Shown here piece by piece: positions 35,401 through 44,151 of a stretch of 64,000 nucleotides of DNA. The position numbers and the translations under genes were made by a program. The DNA is from Verrucomicrobiales bacterium (GTDB lineage: Bacteria > Verrucomicrobiota > Verrucomicrobiia > Verrucomicrobiales > V1-33). The notes under the pieces were generated by a model. The model saw nothing but the letters and a program-made list of their open reading frames with translations, was not told the origin of the DNA and made no database searches. The stretch lies in the NCBI GenBank assembly GCA_028293125.1, contig JAQGPJ010000051.1, forward strand, positions 68,036-132,035, given 5' to 3'. The stretch's first letter is position 1. Every line of letters starts with the position of its first letter.

Positions 35401-36054
35401 GTGGAGCAGGACATCCAGGATGTGCTGTCGGATCTGCGGGACCACGGCTACCCCATGGAGGATGCCTGGTTTGCGCCTCATGTGGAGTTCCGCTTCCCCG
35501 TTTACGGCTCCATCAGCCAACGCGGCGTGAATCTTGAAATCCGTCAGGCCCTGGAGCCCTGGCACGTCCTGGGGGAGCAGAACAGCGCCGGAGGGGCCAC
35601 ACGCTATGTGGATTCCAGTGTGGAGCGCCTTCAGGTCAAAGTCACCGGTCTGACCGGCCCGCGCCACGTCATCACGGCCAATGGCCACGCGGTGCCGCTG
35701 CACGGCACCGGCATTGCCGGAGAATACGTTGCCGGGGTGCGTTTCCGCGCCTGGGCCCCGCCGAACGCGCTGCACCCCACCATTCCCGTGCAGGCCCCTG
35801 TGACCTTCGATATCGTGGACACTTGGAACCAGCGTTCCCTGGGCGGCTGTCAGTATCACGTTTCCCATCCCGGCGGCCTCAGCTACGCCACTCTGCCCGT
35901 GAATTCCTACGAGGCCGAGGCCAGGCGGCTTTCCCGCTTCCTGGCGTTGGGGCATACTCCCGGCAAAATCAACCCCGCCCCCGCCCGCCGCAGCCGGGAG
36001 CACCCCTATACCTTGGACCTGCGTCAGGCCGCTGTTTACAAATGGGGCACCTGA
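32473..36054 (+). CDS. Large transglutaminase-family protein (Bact_transglu_N + transglutaminase core + DUF2126)
   Basis: The ATG at 32473 starts with [33 protein letters not shown] (Bact_transglu_N pattern). The core is [28 protein letters not shown]...[23 protein letters not shown]. The long DUF2126-type C-terminal region includes [12 protein letters not shown] and [13 protein letters not shown]. Confidence 0.9.
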   Translation: [1193 protein letters not shown]

Positions 36055-36104
36055 TCCCGCCAAGGCGCTGCCCTCCATGAATGCCGCTGTCCGTGGGAAA
36101 ATGG

Positions 36105-36665
36105 TCACCCCGCCGGAGGCTGGGCGGAGCCGGCGGCGGGCGGCGGGATGCGGCGGAACTGGAAGCGGGAATCGAAGTGCCCGCCGCTGTGCGCCTGGCA
36201 GCAGCGCAGGCAGGCGGTGGCGCGGGTGATGCGGCGCACGCGCCTCACGGTCAGGCGGCAGGCGGGACATTGGTAAAAATATTTGGGCGCCATCTTCCGC
36301 CGGGGGAACGGCAGAGTGTGTGTGGCCCGCTCGCCGGGGATGCCCAGATCCACGCAGGCTTGGCGCCATTCCGTGCCATGGGTGGGGATGCGCCGGCGCC
36401 CCGCCCGCCAGTGGGCCAGCAGATGCGCGGCCTCGTGCCGCAGGGTGCGGTGCACCTCCGCCTCACCAAGGCCCAGCAGCGCGGGGTTCAACTCGATGCG
36501 CGAGGTGCCCGGCTGGGCTGTGCCGGCGGTGGTGCGCATCCGGGCATTCCACACCACGTTGGTCTGCCTGGCTCCGGTGGCCGGCGCACCCGCCTGGATC
36601 AGCCATTCATGGACCATCATCGTCAGACCTTCATCCAGTCCGGACCGGCGGGGCGGGAGCGGCAT
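36105..36665 (-). CDS. SprT-like zinc metallopeptidase domain protein
   Basis: ATG at 36665; the ORF track begins two codons earlier at a GTG. The zincin motif is LRHEAAHLLAH. A C-terminal Cys4 zinc ribbon is CPACR...CLRCC. WNARMRTTAGTA is typical of the SprT N-terminus. Confidence 0.8.
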   Translation of the reverse strand: MPLPPRRSGLDEGLTMMVHEWLIQAGAPATGARQTNVVWNARMRTTAGTAQPGTSRIELNPALLGLGEAEVHRTLRHEAAHLLAHWRAGRRRIPTHGTEWRQACVDLGIPGERATHTLPFPRRKMAPKYFYQCPACRLTVRRVRRITRATACLRCCQAHSGGHFDSRFQFRRIPPPAAGSAQPPAG

Positions 36666-36667
36666 AC

Positions 36668-37567
36668 TCACCTCGGGGGCACCGCCGCCACCCGGTGTTT
36701 GGCACGGACCTCATGCTTTAGTTCCCCCAGCGTCACCACGGAATCCGGCGGCACATCCTCGACCACGAACACATTGGCCCCCAGAGTGGTGCCGCGGCCC
36801 ACAGTGATGTCCCCCACGATAGTGGCATTGGCGTAGATGGTGACATTGTCCTCGACCTGGGGATGACGCACCTTGCCTCTCAGCCGCTGTCCGGCCGCCA
36901 GGGACCGGGCCACCAGACCCACTCCTTGGTAAAGCTTCACATGATTGCCGATGACCGTGGTCTCCCCGATGACCACCCCGGTGCCGTGGTCGATGAAGAA
37001 GTGGGTGCCAATGCGCGCACCGGGATGGATATCGATCCCTGTGCGGTTGTGCGCCCACTCCGTCATCATGCGCGGGATGAACGGCAGCGAGGCATTGTAA
37101 AGCACGTGCGCCATGCGCTGGATGGCGATGGCTTCCAGCCCGGGATAGGCCAGGATGACCTCCTCGTAGCTGCCCGCCGCCGGATCCCCGTCAAACGCCG
37201 CCTGCACATCCGTGCGCAGCAGGGCGCGCACCTCCGGCAGCATGCGCATGAAGCGGCAGACCAACCGGTGCGCCGCCCCGTCCGGATCCACCTCCGGCAG
37301 TTTTTTAAAGGCCAGACTGCGCCGGACCTCGGTCCGCAGCCGGGAGATGATCTCCCGCACCGCCTCATCCGTGTGCCGGGTCAGATTGGCGGAATGCAGG
37401 GACTCTGTCTCGTAGAAACCGGGGAAAATGATTTGAAGCAACTCGGAACAGACCTGCGAAACGGCAAGCTTGGCAGGCAGATCAACGCCTTCGAGATGGT
37501 TGATGCCCCCCAGGGTCTGATAAGACTCCACGAGGGCGCGGGTGATGTCGGTCGGATCGCAGTCCAT
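36668..37567 (-). CDS. cysE: Serine O-acetyltransferase
   Basis: ATG at 37567. The SATase N-domain stretch is DVQAAFDGDPAAGSYEEVILAYPGLEAIAIQRMAHVLY. The hexapeptide region is GIDIHPGARIGTHFFIDHGTGVVIGETTVIGNHVKLYQGVGL...HPQVEDNVTIYANATIVG. Confidence 0.85.
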   Translation of the reverse strand: MDCDPTDITRALVESYQTLGGINHLEGVDLPAKLAVSQVCSELLQIIFPGFYETESLHSANLTRHTDEAVREIISRLRTEVRRSLAFKKLPEVDPDGAAHRLVCRFMRMLPEVRALLRTDVQAAFDGDPAAGSYEEVILAYPGLEAIAIQRMAHVLYNASLPFIPRMMTEWAHNRTGIDIHPGARIGTHFFIDHGTGVVIGETTVIGNHVKLYQGVGLVARSLAAGQRLRGKVRHPQVEDNVTIYANATIVGDITVGRGTTLGANVFVVEDVPPDSVVTLGELKHEVRAKHRVAAVPPR

Positions 37568-37706
37568 TGCTGTCCCCGTGAAATTAACGGGTGAACCCCT
37601 GAGGGGAAGCGCATTTTTCGCCTTCGGAAAAGCATTCCCTTTATTTCGCGGCCGCTCCGTCCCTCCCTGTCCTACCCGGACTCTGGACGCGGGAGTTTCC
37701 CACGTT

Positions 37707-38501
37707 ATGATGGGCCATGTGCCCCCGTTTTTTGCCGGTATAATCAATCAAGTGGTTTTCAAGCCCGTGCTGCGTCCGCTTGTCAGGATTGTCAGCGGGC
37801 TGGTCGCCATCCCGGTTTTCCGTTTCCTCCTGCGCCGGGTGCTGCGGGTGCACACCAACGATGCGGAGCTGGAGCGTGATCTGGAGCACTGGTTCCGCGG
37901 ATCGGTGTTGCTGCTGGCAGCCACGAAGAATCTGGAGGATATGCTCTTCGGCTGGACGGAATGGCACAGGGACTGGCTGACGCTGGGACTTAGGCTGATG
38001 CTGGCCATCGGCGTCATTGAATCCATGCCGGATCAGGATCTGTTCGCCCTCGTCCACAAAGGGCCGCCGCGTCTGAAGTTCACCCTGGAGGGACTGCGGG
38101 AGGCATGGGGCCGCCGGCTGGACTTTCTGCTCGGCATGGGTGTGATCCATCTGAAGCGCTCCTCGCCCGTGCTCATCATCATGTGCGTGGTCATCGGATC
38201 CGATGAGCGTGGAGAGGCTGAGCGCACGGTCGGCTGGTGCTGCTACGGACTGGCGGTGGCGCAGTATCTGATCATCGCCCTCAGCACCGACCGGCATCGG
38301 GCCACCGGACTGCTGGCGGAGCTGAATCCCGACCTGATCCCCCTGCGCGGGGATCAGGTGCGCAGCGCCGCCGGCGTCAGTGCGGCTTTTTGCTGGGAAA
38401 GCGAATTTGAAGACTCGGAAAGCTCGAATCCGAATCCGGACAGGGGCACGGACACCGAGGCTACCTTGAAAATAGATCCATCGAGAAGTGAGGCCCGCTG
38501 A
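37707..38501 (+). CDS. Hypothetical integral membrane protein
   Basis: ATG at 37707. Several hydrophobic segments are present (VSGLVAIPVFRFLL, SVLLLAATKNL, LGLRLMLAIGVI, VLIIMCVVIG, CCYGLAVAQYLIIAL). I recognise no motif. Confidence 0.5.
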   Translation: MMGHVPPFFAGIINQVVFKPVLRPLVRIVSGLVAIPVFRFLLRRVLRVHTNDAELERDLEHWFRGSVLLLAATKNLEDMLFGWTEWHRDWLTLGLRLMLAIGVIESMPDQDLFALVHKGPPRLKFTLEGLREAWGRRLDFLLGMGVIHLKRSSPVLIIMCVVIGSDERGEAERTVGWCCYGLAVAQYLIIALSTDRHRATGLLAELNPDLIPLRGDQVRSAAGVSAAFCWESEFEDSESSNPNPDRGTDTEATLKIDPSRSEAR

Positions 38502-38631
38502 GCGGATTGGGGAAACGGCGGCGGGAAACCCGGTTGTTTCCTTACAGCCAGTGATCTGGTTCACGTCAAAGCAGGCTCAAAGCCAGGGCCGGACATCGGC
38601 GGGAAGCCTGCACGGTGCCTGCCCGGATACT

Positions 38632-40383
38632 TCACGCGGGATGCGAATCCTTGTCAGGATTGGAACCGCTGGGTGGATTGTCCTCCTTGATTTTTGGCTT
38701 TTCAGCTGCATCACCGCCGCCATCCCCGGCGTCCGGTTTTGAGGCTTCCGGAGCGCTGTCCGCAGTGGTGGAATCAGGCTCCGGTGCGGACTCCCATCCG
38801 GCTTCAGGCGCTGGAGCCCATCCGGATGGGGCGTTGGGAACCCCGCCCTCATCCGCGGAGGTAGCCGGTGCCGGTGCTGCCGGCGGGGTGGTTTCCGGAT
38901 TTGGATCCAACTCCGGGGAAGTGGTGTGGCCTGGGTTTCTTTCCTCCACGGGGACGCTCTCCGCATGGGTGTCAGCATTGGAGAAAAGGTGGGCGTGCTC
39001 CCGCATATATTGAGCATGCTCTTCCTCGGCGGTCGGTTTTCCGGGCTCGGAGTGATAGGGATGATCTGCCCAGGAACCGCCATGGTGATCATCCTGATCC
39101 GCGTGGCCGGCACCGTGATCATGATGCGGATCCGGCTCCTGATAGCCGAGCGCCGATTGACTGTAAATGTCCTCCGGTGTCACTGCGCCGGGACGGGCTG
39201 CCTGCACCGAGGCCACGCCTACAAGCGAGGCCCGGCGGGCCATATCACGGGCCTGCTCCTCGGCCTCCTCCCGTGAATTTTTGCGCTCCCGCGCCACTGC
39301 CAGCCAGATGCAGGTTTCATACATCAGCACCATCGGACCGGACAGCAGCAGCAGCGTGTAAATATCCCCGGTCGGGGTCAGGATCGCCCCTGCGGTGACA
39401 ATGATCACCACCGCCCAGGCGCGGGTGCGGCGCATGGTCTGCGACGTCAGCAGATCCAGCTTCACCATGATCATCACCACCACCGGCAGCTCAAAGCTGA
39501 CGCCGAAGATCAGACAGAACGTGGTGACAAAGGAAGTGTAATCCCCGATCCGCCAAGTGTCCTTCACATTCAGTTCCGCGGAATACGCATGAAAAAACTC
39601 CAGCGCGTTGGGAACGACAAAATAATAGGAGAACACCACTCCGCCAAGAAACAGCCCGAAGCCAATGGCGAGCGCCGGCCACATAAGCCTCCGTTCGCGC
39701 GTATTGAGCCCCGGCAGGATAAATTCCAACAGGAAGTAGAACAGCAGAGGAAAGGACACCACGATCCCTGCAAAAGTAGAAAGCTTCATGGACAGCATGA
39801 AGGTCTCCGCCGGGGCCATGGCCACATTCTCGATCACCGGTTTCAATTCTTCCAGCGAGGAGGAGGGCGAGGCCTTGCGGATGGCCGCAACAGCCTCCGC
39901 CACGCCTGGGGAGCGATCGGCAGGCATGGCCTTCACTGCTTCAGCGACGAATCCGTCCCGCTGGCTTTCATGCAGCATGCTGGCGGTGTGAAACAGGAGA
40001 AAACCCTCCACATAGGGCCGCAGCGCCTGGTCGCTCAGTGCCCGGTCCAGAAAAAGCCGGCGCTGGTCTCCCTGAAGAATGGAAGCCCCGCGGGCGGCGT
40101 TGTGGATCTGGGTCCACGAGGCCATATCAATGTTCTCCGGCACATTTTTCTCCATCGCCATGTTCAGACCCGCCCGCTGCATGGGGTACTGCACGACCTC
40201 AAAGAACCAGGAGTTGAATATAAAACAGCCAGTCACCGCCACCACGAGGGTAATGGCCATGCGCATCAGCATTTTGCGCAGGTCCTCCAGATGCTCCAGG
40301 AAAGGCTTTTCCTCGTCCTCCAGCATGACATTCCGTTTCCGCGACAATTTGTCGCGCAGTTTCAGCATTGATGCGAACCACAT
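38632..40383 (-). CDS. tatC: Twin-arginine translocase subunit TatC, atypically long (583 aa)
   Basis: The TatC N-terminus is EEKPFLEHLEDLRKMLMRMAITLVV. The TM2 region is ETFMLSMKLSTFAGIVVSFPLLFYFLLEFILPGLNTRERR. Later TMs include FVTTFCLIFGVSFELPVVVMIMV and AVVIIVTAGAILTPTGDIYTLLLLSGPMVLMYE. An insert of about 130 aa lies between TM1 and TM2, and an acidic His-rich C-terminal tail of about 215 aa follows the core. Confidence 0.85.
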   Translation of the reverse strand: MWFASMLKLRDKLSRKRNVMLEDEEKPFLEHLEDLRKMLMRMAITLVVAVTGCFIFNSWFFEVVQYPMQRAGLNMAMEKNVPENIDMASWTQIHNAARGASILQGDQRRLFLDRALSDQALRPYVEGFLLFHTASMLHESQRDGFVAEAVKAMPADRSPGVAEAVAAIRKASPSSSLEELKPVIENVAMAPAETFMLSMKLSTFAGIVVSFPLLFYFLLEFILPGLNTRERRLMWPALAIGFGLFLGGVVFSYYFVVPNALEFFHAYSAELNVKDTWRIGDYTSFVTTFCLIFGVSFELPVVVMIMVKLDLLTSQTMRRTRAWAVVIIVTAGAILTPTGDIYTLLLLSGPMVLMYETCIWLAVARERKNSREEAEEQARDMARRASLVGVASVQAARPGAVTPEDIYSQSALGYQEPDPHHDHGAGHADQDDHHGGSWADHPYHSEPGKPTAEEEHAQYMREHAHLFSNADTHAESVPVEERNPGHTTSPELDPNPETTPPAAPAPATSADEGGVPNAPSGWAPAPEAGWESAPEPDSTTADSAPEASKPDAGDGGGDAAEKPKIKEDNPPSGSNPDKDSHPA

Positions 40384-40387
40384 AGGC

Positions 40388-41794
40388 TTAGGTATTCCGG
40401 GATGATTTGGTTTTCACCGCCGGCTTCCTGAGGCTCAAGCGTGTCCGCCATGCTTCGAGCTCGCTCGCGGCATTGGCTGGGGATGGCGCGCCGATGCCTT
40501 TTCTGGCCTCGAGCGCATGCTCCAAAGTAAGGACTTTGAAAACGTTTCTTTCAAAGACCGGACTGAAGGACTGGTAATTTTCCAGCGTGATATCCGGAAA
40601 ACCGATGCCGGTGGCCAGGCTGTGCGCGGTCAGTTTGCCGATAATCTCATGGGCCTGCCGGAAAGGCACGCCACGCAGCACCAGATAGTCCGCCAGATCG
40701 GTGGCCAGCAGGAAGGGATCGCCCACTGCCGAGGCCACGGCCTTTTCGTTGACCTTCAGGCCATCGATCATCTCCGCATACACCTCCAGAGCGATTTTGA
40801 GGGTGTCGATAGAGTCGAAAAGCGGCTCCTTGTCCTCCTGCATGTCCCGGTTATAGGTCAGGGGCAGCCCCTTGAGAATCGTCAGGATGCTCATCAGATT
40901 GCCGTAGAGCCGGCCGGTTTTCCCGCGCGTCAGCTCCGCCACATCGGGATTTTTCTTCTGCGGCATCAGGCTGGATCCCGTGGTGTGGGCATCGCTGAGG
41001 GTGACAAAGCCGAACTCCGCGGTGACCCACAGGATGATGTCCTCGCTCAGCCGGGACAGATGGGTGCCGCAGAGGGCGATGGCGAATATCAGCTCGGCGG
41101 CGAAGTCGCGGTCGGCCACCGCATCCATGCTGTTATGGGTCACGCCGTCAAAGCCCAGCTTCTTGGCCACGAACTCCCGGTCCAGAACGATGGTGGACCC
41201 CGCCAGCGCCCCGGAGCCCAAAGGCATGACGTTGATGCGCTTCAGACAGTCCTCCAGCCGCGCGGCGTCGCGGTCCAGCATCTCCACATAGGCCAGCAGA
41301 TGGTGGGAGAACAGCACTGGCTGGCCGCGCTGCAGGTGCGTGTAACCCGGCATGACCACGTGCTGCCAGCGCTGGCCCTGACCCACCAGAGCGCGCTGAA
41401 GTCCACGCACCAGGGTGATCAGATTCCGGGCCTCCGCCCGGCAGTAAAGCCTCACATCAAGCGCGACTTGGTCATTCCGGCTGCGGGCGGTGTGGAGTTT
41501 GGCTCCGGCGGCTCCAATCCGGGAGGTCAGCACGCTTTCGATGTTCATATGAACATCCTCCAGTGAGGCACGCCACTCGAAATTCCCAGCTTCGATGTCC
41601 GCCTGAATGCCTTTCAGGCCCTGATGAATCTCCTGCAGCTCTGCTTTGGTGATGATCCTGGCTTTGGCCAGAGCCTCGGCATGGGCCATGGACCCCATGA
41701 TGTCATAGGGATACAGGCGCCAGTCAAAAGAGATTGACTCGCCGTAGCGTTGCACCAGACCTGAAGTTTCCTGCTGAAATCGTCCTTTCCACAT
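40388..41794 (-). CDS. argH: Argininosuccinate lyase
   Basis: The ATG at 41794 starts MWKGRFQQETSGLVQRYGESISFDWRLYPYDIMGSMAHAEAL. The lyase_1 signature region is GSSLMPQKKNPDVAELTRGK, and the protein contains HTARSRNDQVALD. Confidence 0.95.
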   Translation of the reverse strand: MWKGRFQQETSGLVQRYGESISFDWRLYPYDIMGSMAHAEALAKARIITKAELQEIHQGLKGIQADIEAGNFEWRASLEDVHMNIESVLTSRIGAAGAKLHTARSRNDQVALDVRLYCRAEARNLITLVRGLQRALVGQGQRWQHVVMPGYTHLQRGQPVLFSHHLLAYVEMLDRDAARLEDCLKRINVMPLGSGALAGSTIVLDREFVAKKLGFDGVTHNSMDAVADRDFAAELIFAIALCGTHLSRLSEDIILWVTAEFGFVTLSDAHTTGSSLMPQKKNPDVAELTRGKTGRLYGNLMSILTILKGLPLTYNRDMQEDKEPLFDSIDTLKIALEVYAEMIDGLKVNEKAVASAVGDPFLLATDLADYLVLRGVPFRQAHEIIGKLTAHSLATGIGFPDITLENYQSFSPVFERNVFKVLTLEHALEARKGIGAPSPANAASELEAWRTRLSLRKPAVKTKSSRNT

Positions 41795-41962
41795 AATCGG
41801 TGAGAAGCGGGGGCACCGGGCCATTCCCGCCGCCCGCCGCGGCGCAGAGAAAAACCGCGTGCCGCGCCCCCGGCAAGCGGCATGTTGACCGCTTTGCAAT
41901 TCAGGAGCGGCTTTTCATTCTTCCTTGGCGGCGGGAGCCATGCCCTGCCCCCGCCCTTGATT

Positions 41963-43021
41963 CTAACCCGACAAAGTGGTGCCCGTCCCGGAGGCGGCAT
42001 TGCGGCGCAGAATGGCGCTGCGGTAGTTGCGGATACCGCCGGCGATGGCGTCCGCCAGACTTTGCCGGAATTCCGGACGGTGGATCCTCGCGCCCTCCAG
42101 AGCATTGCTGACGAATCCCCCCTCCACCAGAATACCGGGCTTCTCAATGCCGGAAATGACGCTGAAACGGTCACGCTTCACTCCCCGGTCCACACTGCGC
42201 AGCTTGTAGAGCGCATTGGCGTGCACGGCGGTGGCCAGGGCGATGTTCTCGGAGTCGCGGGCATTGCCGCGCCGGTTGCGGAAGTCGGAATTCTTGAGGT
42301 CGTCGTAGGAATTGGCGGTCCCCTGCGGGGCCAGGGCGAAGGTCTCCAGACCGATGGCGGAACTGGAGTAGGAATTGAAATGCACGCTGACAAAGATGCT
42401 GCGGGACGTGCGGTTGGCGATGGCCACCCGTTCCCCCAGACTGAGGAAGACATCCGTGCTCCGCGTCAGCAGAGTTTTGAGGCCCTGGGCCTGGAGGGCT
42501 TTCTGCAGCCGGAAAACGGTGTCCAAAGTGTAAACCTTCTCCGCCCCGAAGCGGCCCACCGCTCCGCTGTCATGGCCCCCGTGGCCGGCATCCAGCACCA
42601 CGGTGTCAAAATTCACGGTATTGCCGATTTTTGTGGGGCGTATAATGGGATCCAGCAGTTTGGCCAGATCCATCCGGGAGATCAGAATATCGCCTCCCTG
42701 CTCATAGGTCGGGAAGCAGAGGCAGAATTTGACATTGTTGATGTAGATGTCCTCGGCGTTGACGGAGATTTTCACCACCATGGTTGCCGACTTCAGCCAA
42801 GCGTTGCGCCCATCCCGCTGCAGCCGGGGAAAACTGTAGAAGCGCTGGATGTCGCGCAGGGTGACATGGTCGCGTCCGTCACGGGTGACGATCTTCCACT
42901 CAAAAGCAGCCTGCCCCGGCGGAGCGGCCACCAAGGTCATTGAGGCTGCGAGGAAACGCTTCAGCCAGGCACGCCGGGTGGACGCTGCGGCTGCATCGGG
43001 AAAGCTTGACAGGGGAGTCAT
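41963..43021 (-). CDS. N-acetylmuramoyl-L-alanine amidase (Amidase_3, AmiC-like) with Tat-type signal
   Basis: ATG at 43021; the ORF track starts two codons earlier at a GTG. The Tat-like signal is STRRAWLKRFLAASMTLVAAPPGQA. The catalytic domain includes VVLDAGHGGHDSGAVG, SIFVSVHFNS and KPGILVEGGFVSN. Confidence 0.85.
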   Translation of the reverse strand: MTPLSSFPDAAAASTRRAWLKRFLAASMTLVAAPPGQAAFEWKIVTRDGRDHVTLRDIQRFYSFPRLQRDGRNAWLKSATMVVKISVNAEDIYINNVKFCLCFPTYEQGGDILISRMDLAKLLDPIIRPTKIGNTVNFDTVVLDAGHGGHDSGAVGRFGAEKVYTLDTVFRLQKALQAQGLKTLLTRSTDVFLSLGERVAIANRTSRSIFVSVHFNSYSSSAIGLETFALAPQGTANSYDDLKNSDFRNRRGNARDSENIALATAVHANALYKLRSVDRGVKRDRFSVISGIEKPGILVEGGFVSNALEGARIHRPEFRQSLADAIAGGIRNYRSAILRRNAASGTGTTLSG

Positions 43022-43127
43022 GGACACGGGGAAACTTGAATTGCCTGGCAGTCTGCCGGACGGGAGGACGGCGTGACAGTAGAATCGACCGCCTTGTTTG
43101 GCAACCCTGGGCCTCCCGAAGAGCGGA

Positions 43128-44045
43128 TCAGCCCCCCGCCATGCGCCAGATGGAGGACCATACCCCGCCCACGGCGTGGGCCATTCCCTGGGCGTCCGCC
43201 TTCCAAGTGCTCACAAAGCCAGGCAGGCTCAGTTCCGGAGCCGCCAGGATGAGCAGACCGGCCAGGAGCAGGATATTCACCAGATAAATCAGCGTGGAGG
43301 AGAAGAAAACTCCGTTGATCCGCAGGTCCGGCTGGTCCCGGGCAATCATCCACAGGGTGAAGGTGAGATGAAATCCCCACGTGAGACCGATCAACAGAAA
43401 CACCCCCCACAGGGGACGGACCCCGAATCCGCCCGGCAGCTTCAGCATCAAAGTCAGATCCACAACCGCCCCCGCCAGCAGACAGAGAGGCACCACCAGG
43501 ACGGTGTAGAGCGGGAAAAAGTAGGGCGAGAGGGCGATCAGAATATTGTTCTTGTCCGTCAGCACATAACCCCCCTTCGAGGTGTAATGGAACTCACGCA
43601 CACTGCCTCCGCACAGGATCACAAAAAGCGCATGGGTCATTTCATGCGCCCAGACATACACCACCACCGGCCTGGGCAGCGTGGTGAAAGTGATGAGCCA
43701 AAGAACCATTCCCATGCCGAAAAACCAGAACGCCGGGGTCCGCCAGAAGGAATGCCCCAGCGAATCCCCGAAACCAACCGTCAGGGCATGCGTGGTGATC
43801 AGACACGCCGGCAGCAGAATGATCCAGGCCAAGGCCGCATACAGCGTTTTGACCGTCATCAGGGGGGAATGGCTCCCCCCGTCCTGAAAATCCCGGCTGG
43901 CTGCCTGGCTGGCCAGCACCTTTGGCCGCTGACGGGGGTGCCGCGCCGCGACCGCCGATGGTGCCTGTCCGGGCTTCCGGGTCCGGGAAGCCGGCCCCTC
44001 CTTCATCAGGTCCGATGCTGGGGGTAATCGCGGCACACGGGGCAT
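43128..44045 (-). CDS. Polytopic membrane protein with an HExxH motif (M50B-like putative metallopeptidase)
   Basis: WAHEMTHALFVILCGGSVREF is embedded between TM helices, with multiple TM segments (LYAALAWIILLPACLI, FWFFGMGMVLWLITF, etc.). The start is uncertain. The ATG at 44045 gives a 62-aa basic N-terminal tail, and an alternative ATG lies at 43859. Confidence 0.55.
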   Translation of the reverse strand: MPRVPRLPPASDLMKEGPASRTRKPGQAPSAVAARHPRQRPKVLASQAASRDFQDGGSHSPLMTVKTLYAALAWIILLPACLITTHALTVGFGDSLGHSFWRTPAFWFFGMGMVLWLITFTTLPRPVVVYVWAHEMTHALFVILCGGSVREFHYTSKGGYVLTDKNNILIALSPYFFPLYTVLVVPLCLLAGAVVDLTLMLKLPGGFGVRPLWGVFLLIGLTWGFHLTFTLWMIARDQPDLRINGVFFSSTLIYLVNILLLAGLLILAAPELSLPGFVSTWKADAQGMAHAVGGVWSSIWRMAGG

Positions 44046-44151
44046 GAGTCAACAGGCTGATAATTAAAGATCTGCAAATAATACAGCAGCCTTAACCAAT
44101 TGCCGCTTCCCCGCCGCCGTCAACTTTTTTCCCTCCGGGATTCCATTCCCC

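Noticed and set aside
32755-36369. Minus-strand ORFs 32755..34206 and 35059..36369 inside or overlapping the DUF2126 gene
   Set aside because: They are antisense artefacts. The second would also overlap SprT on the same strand in another frame.
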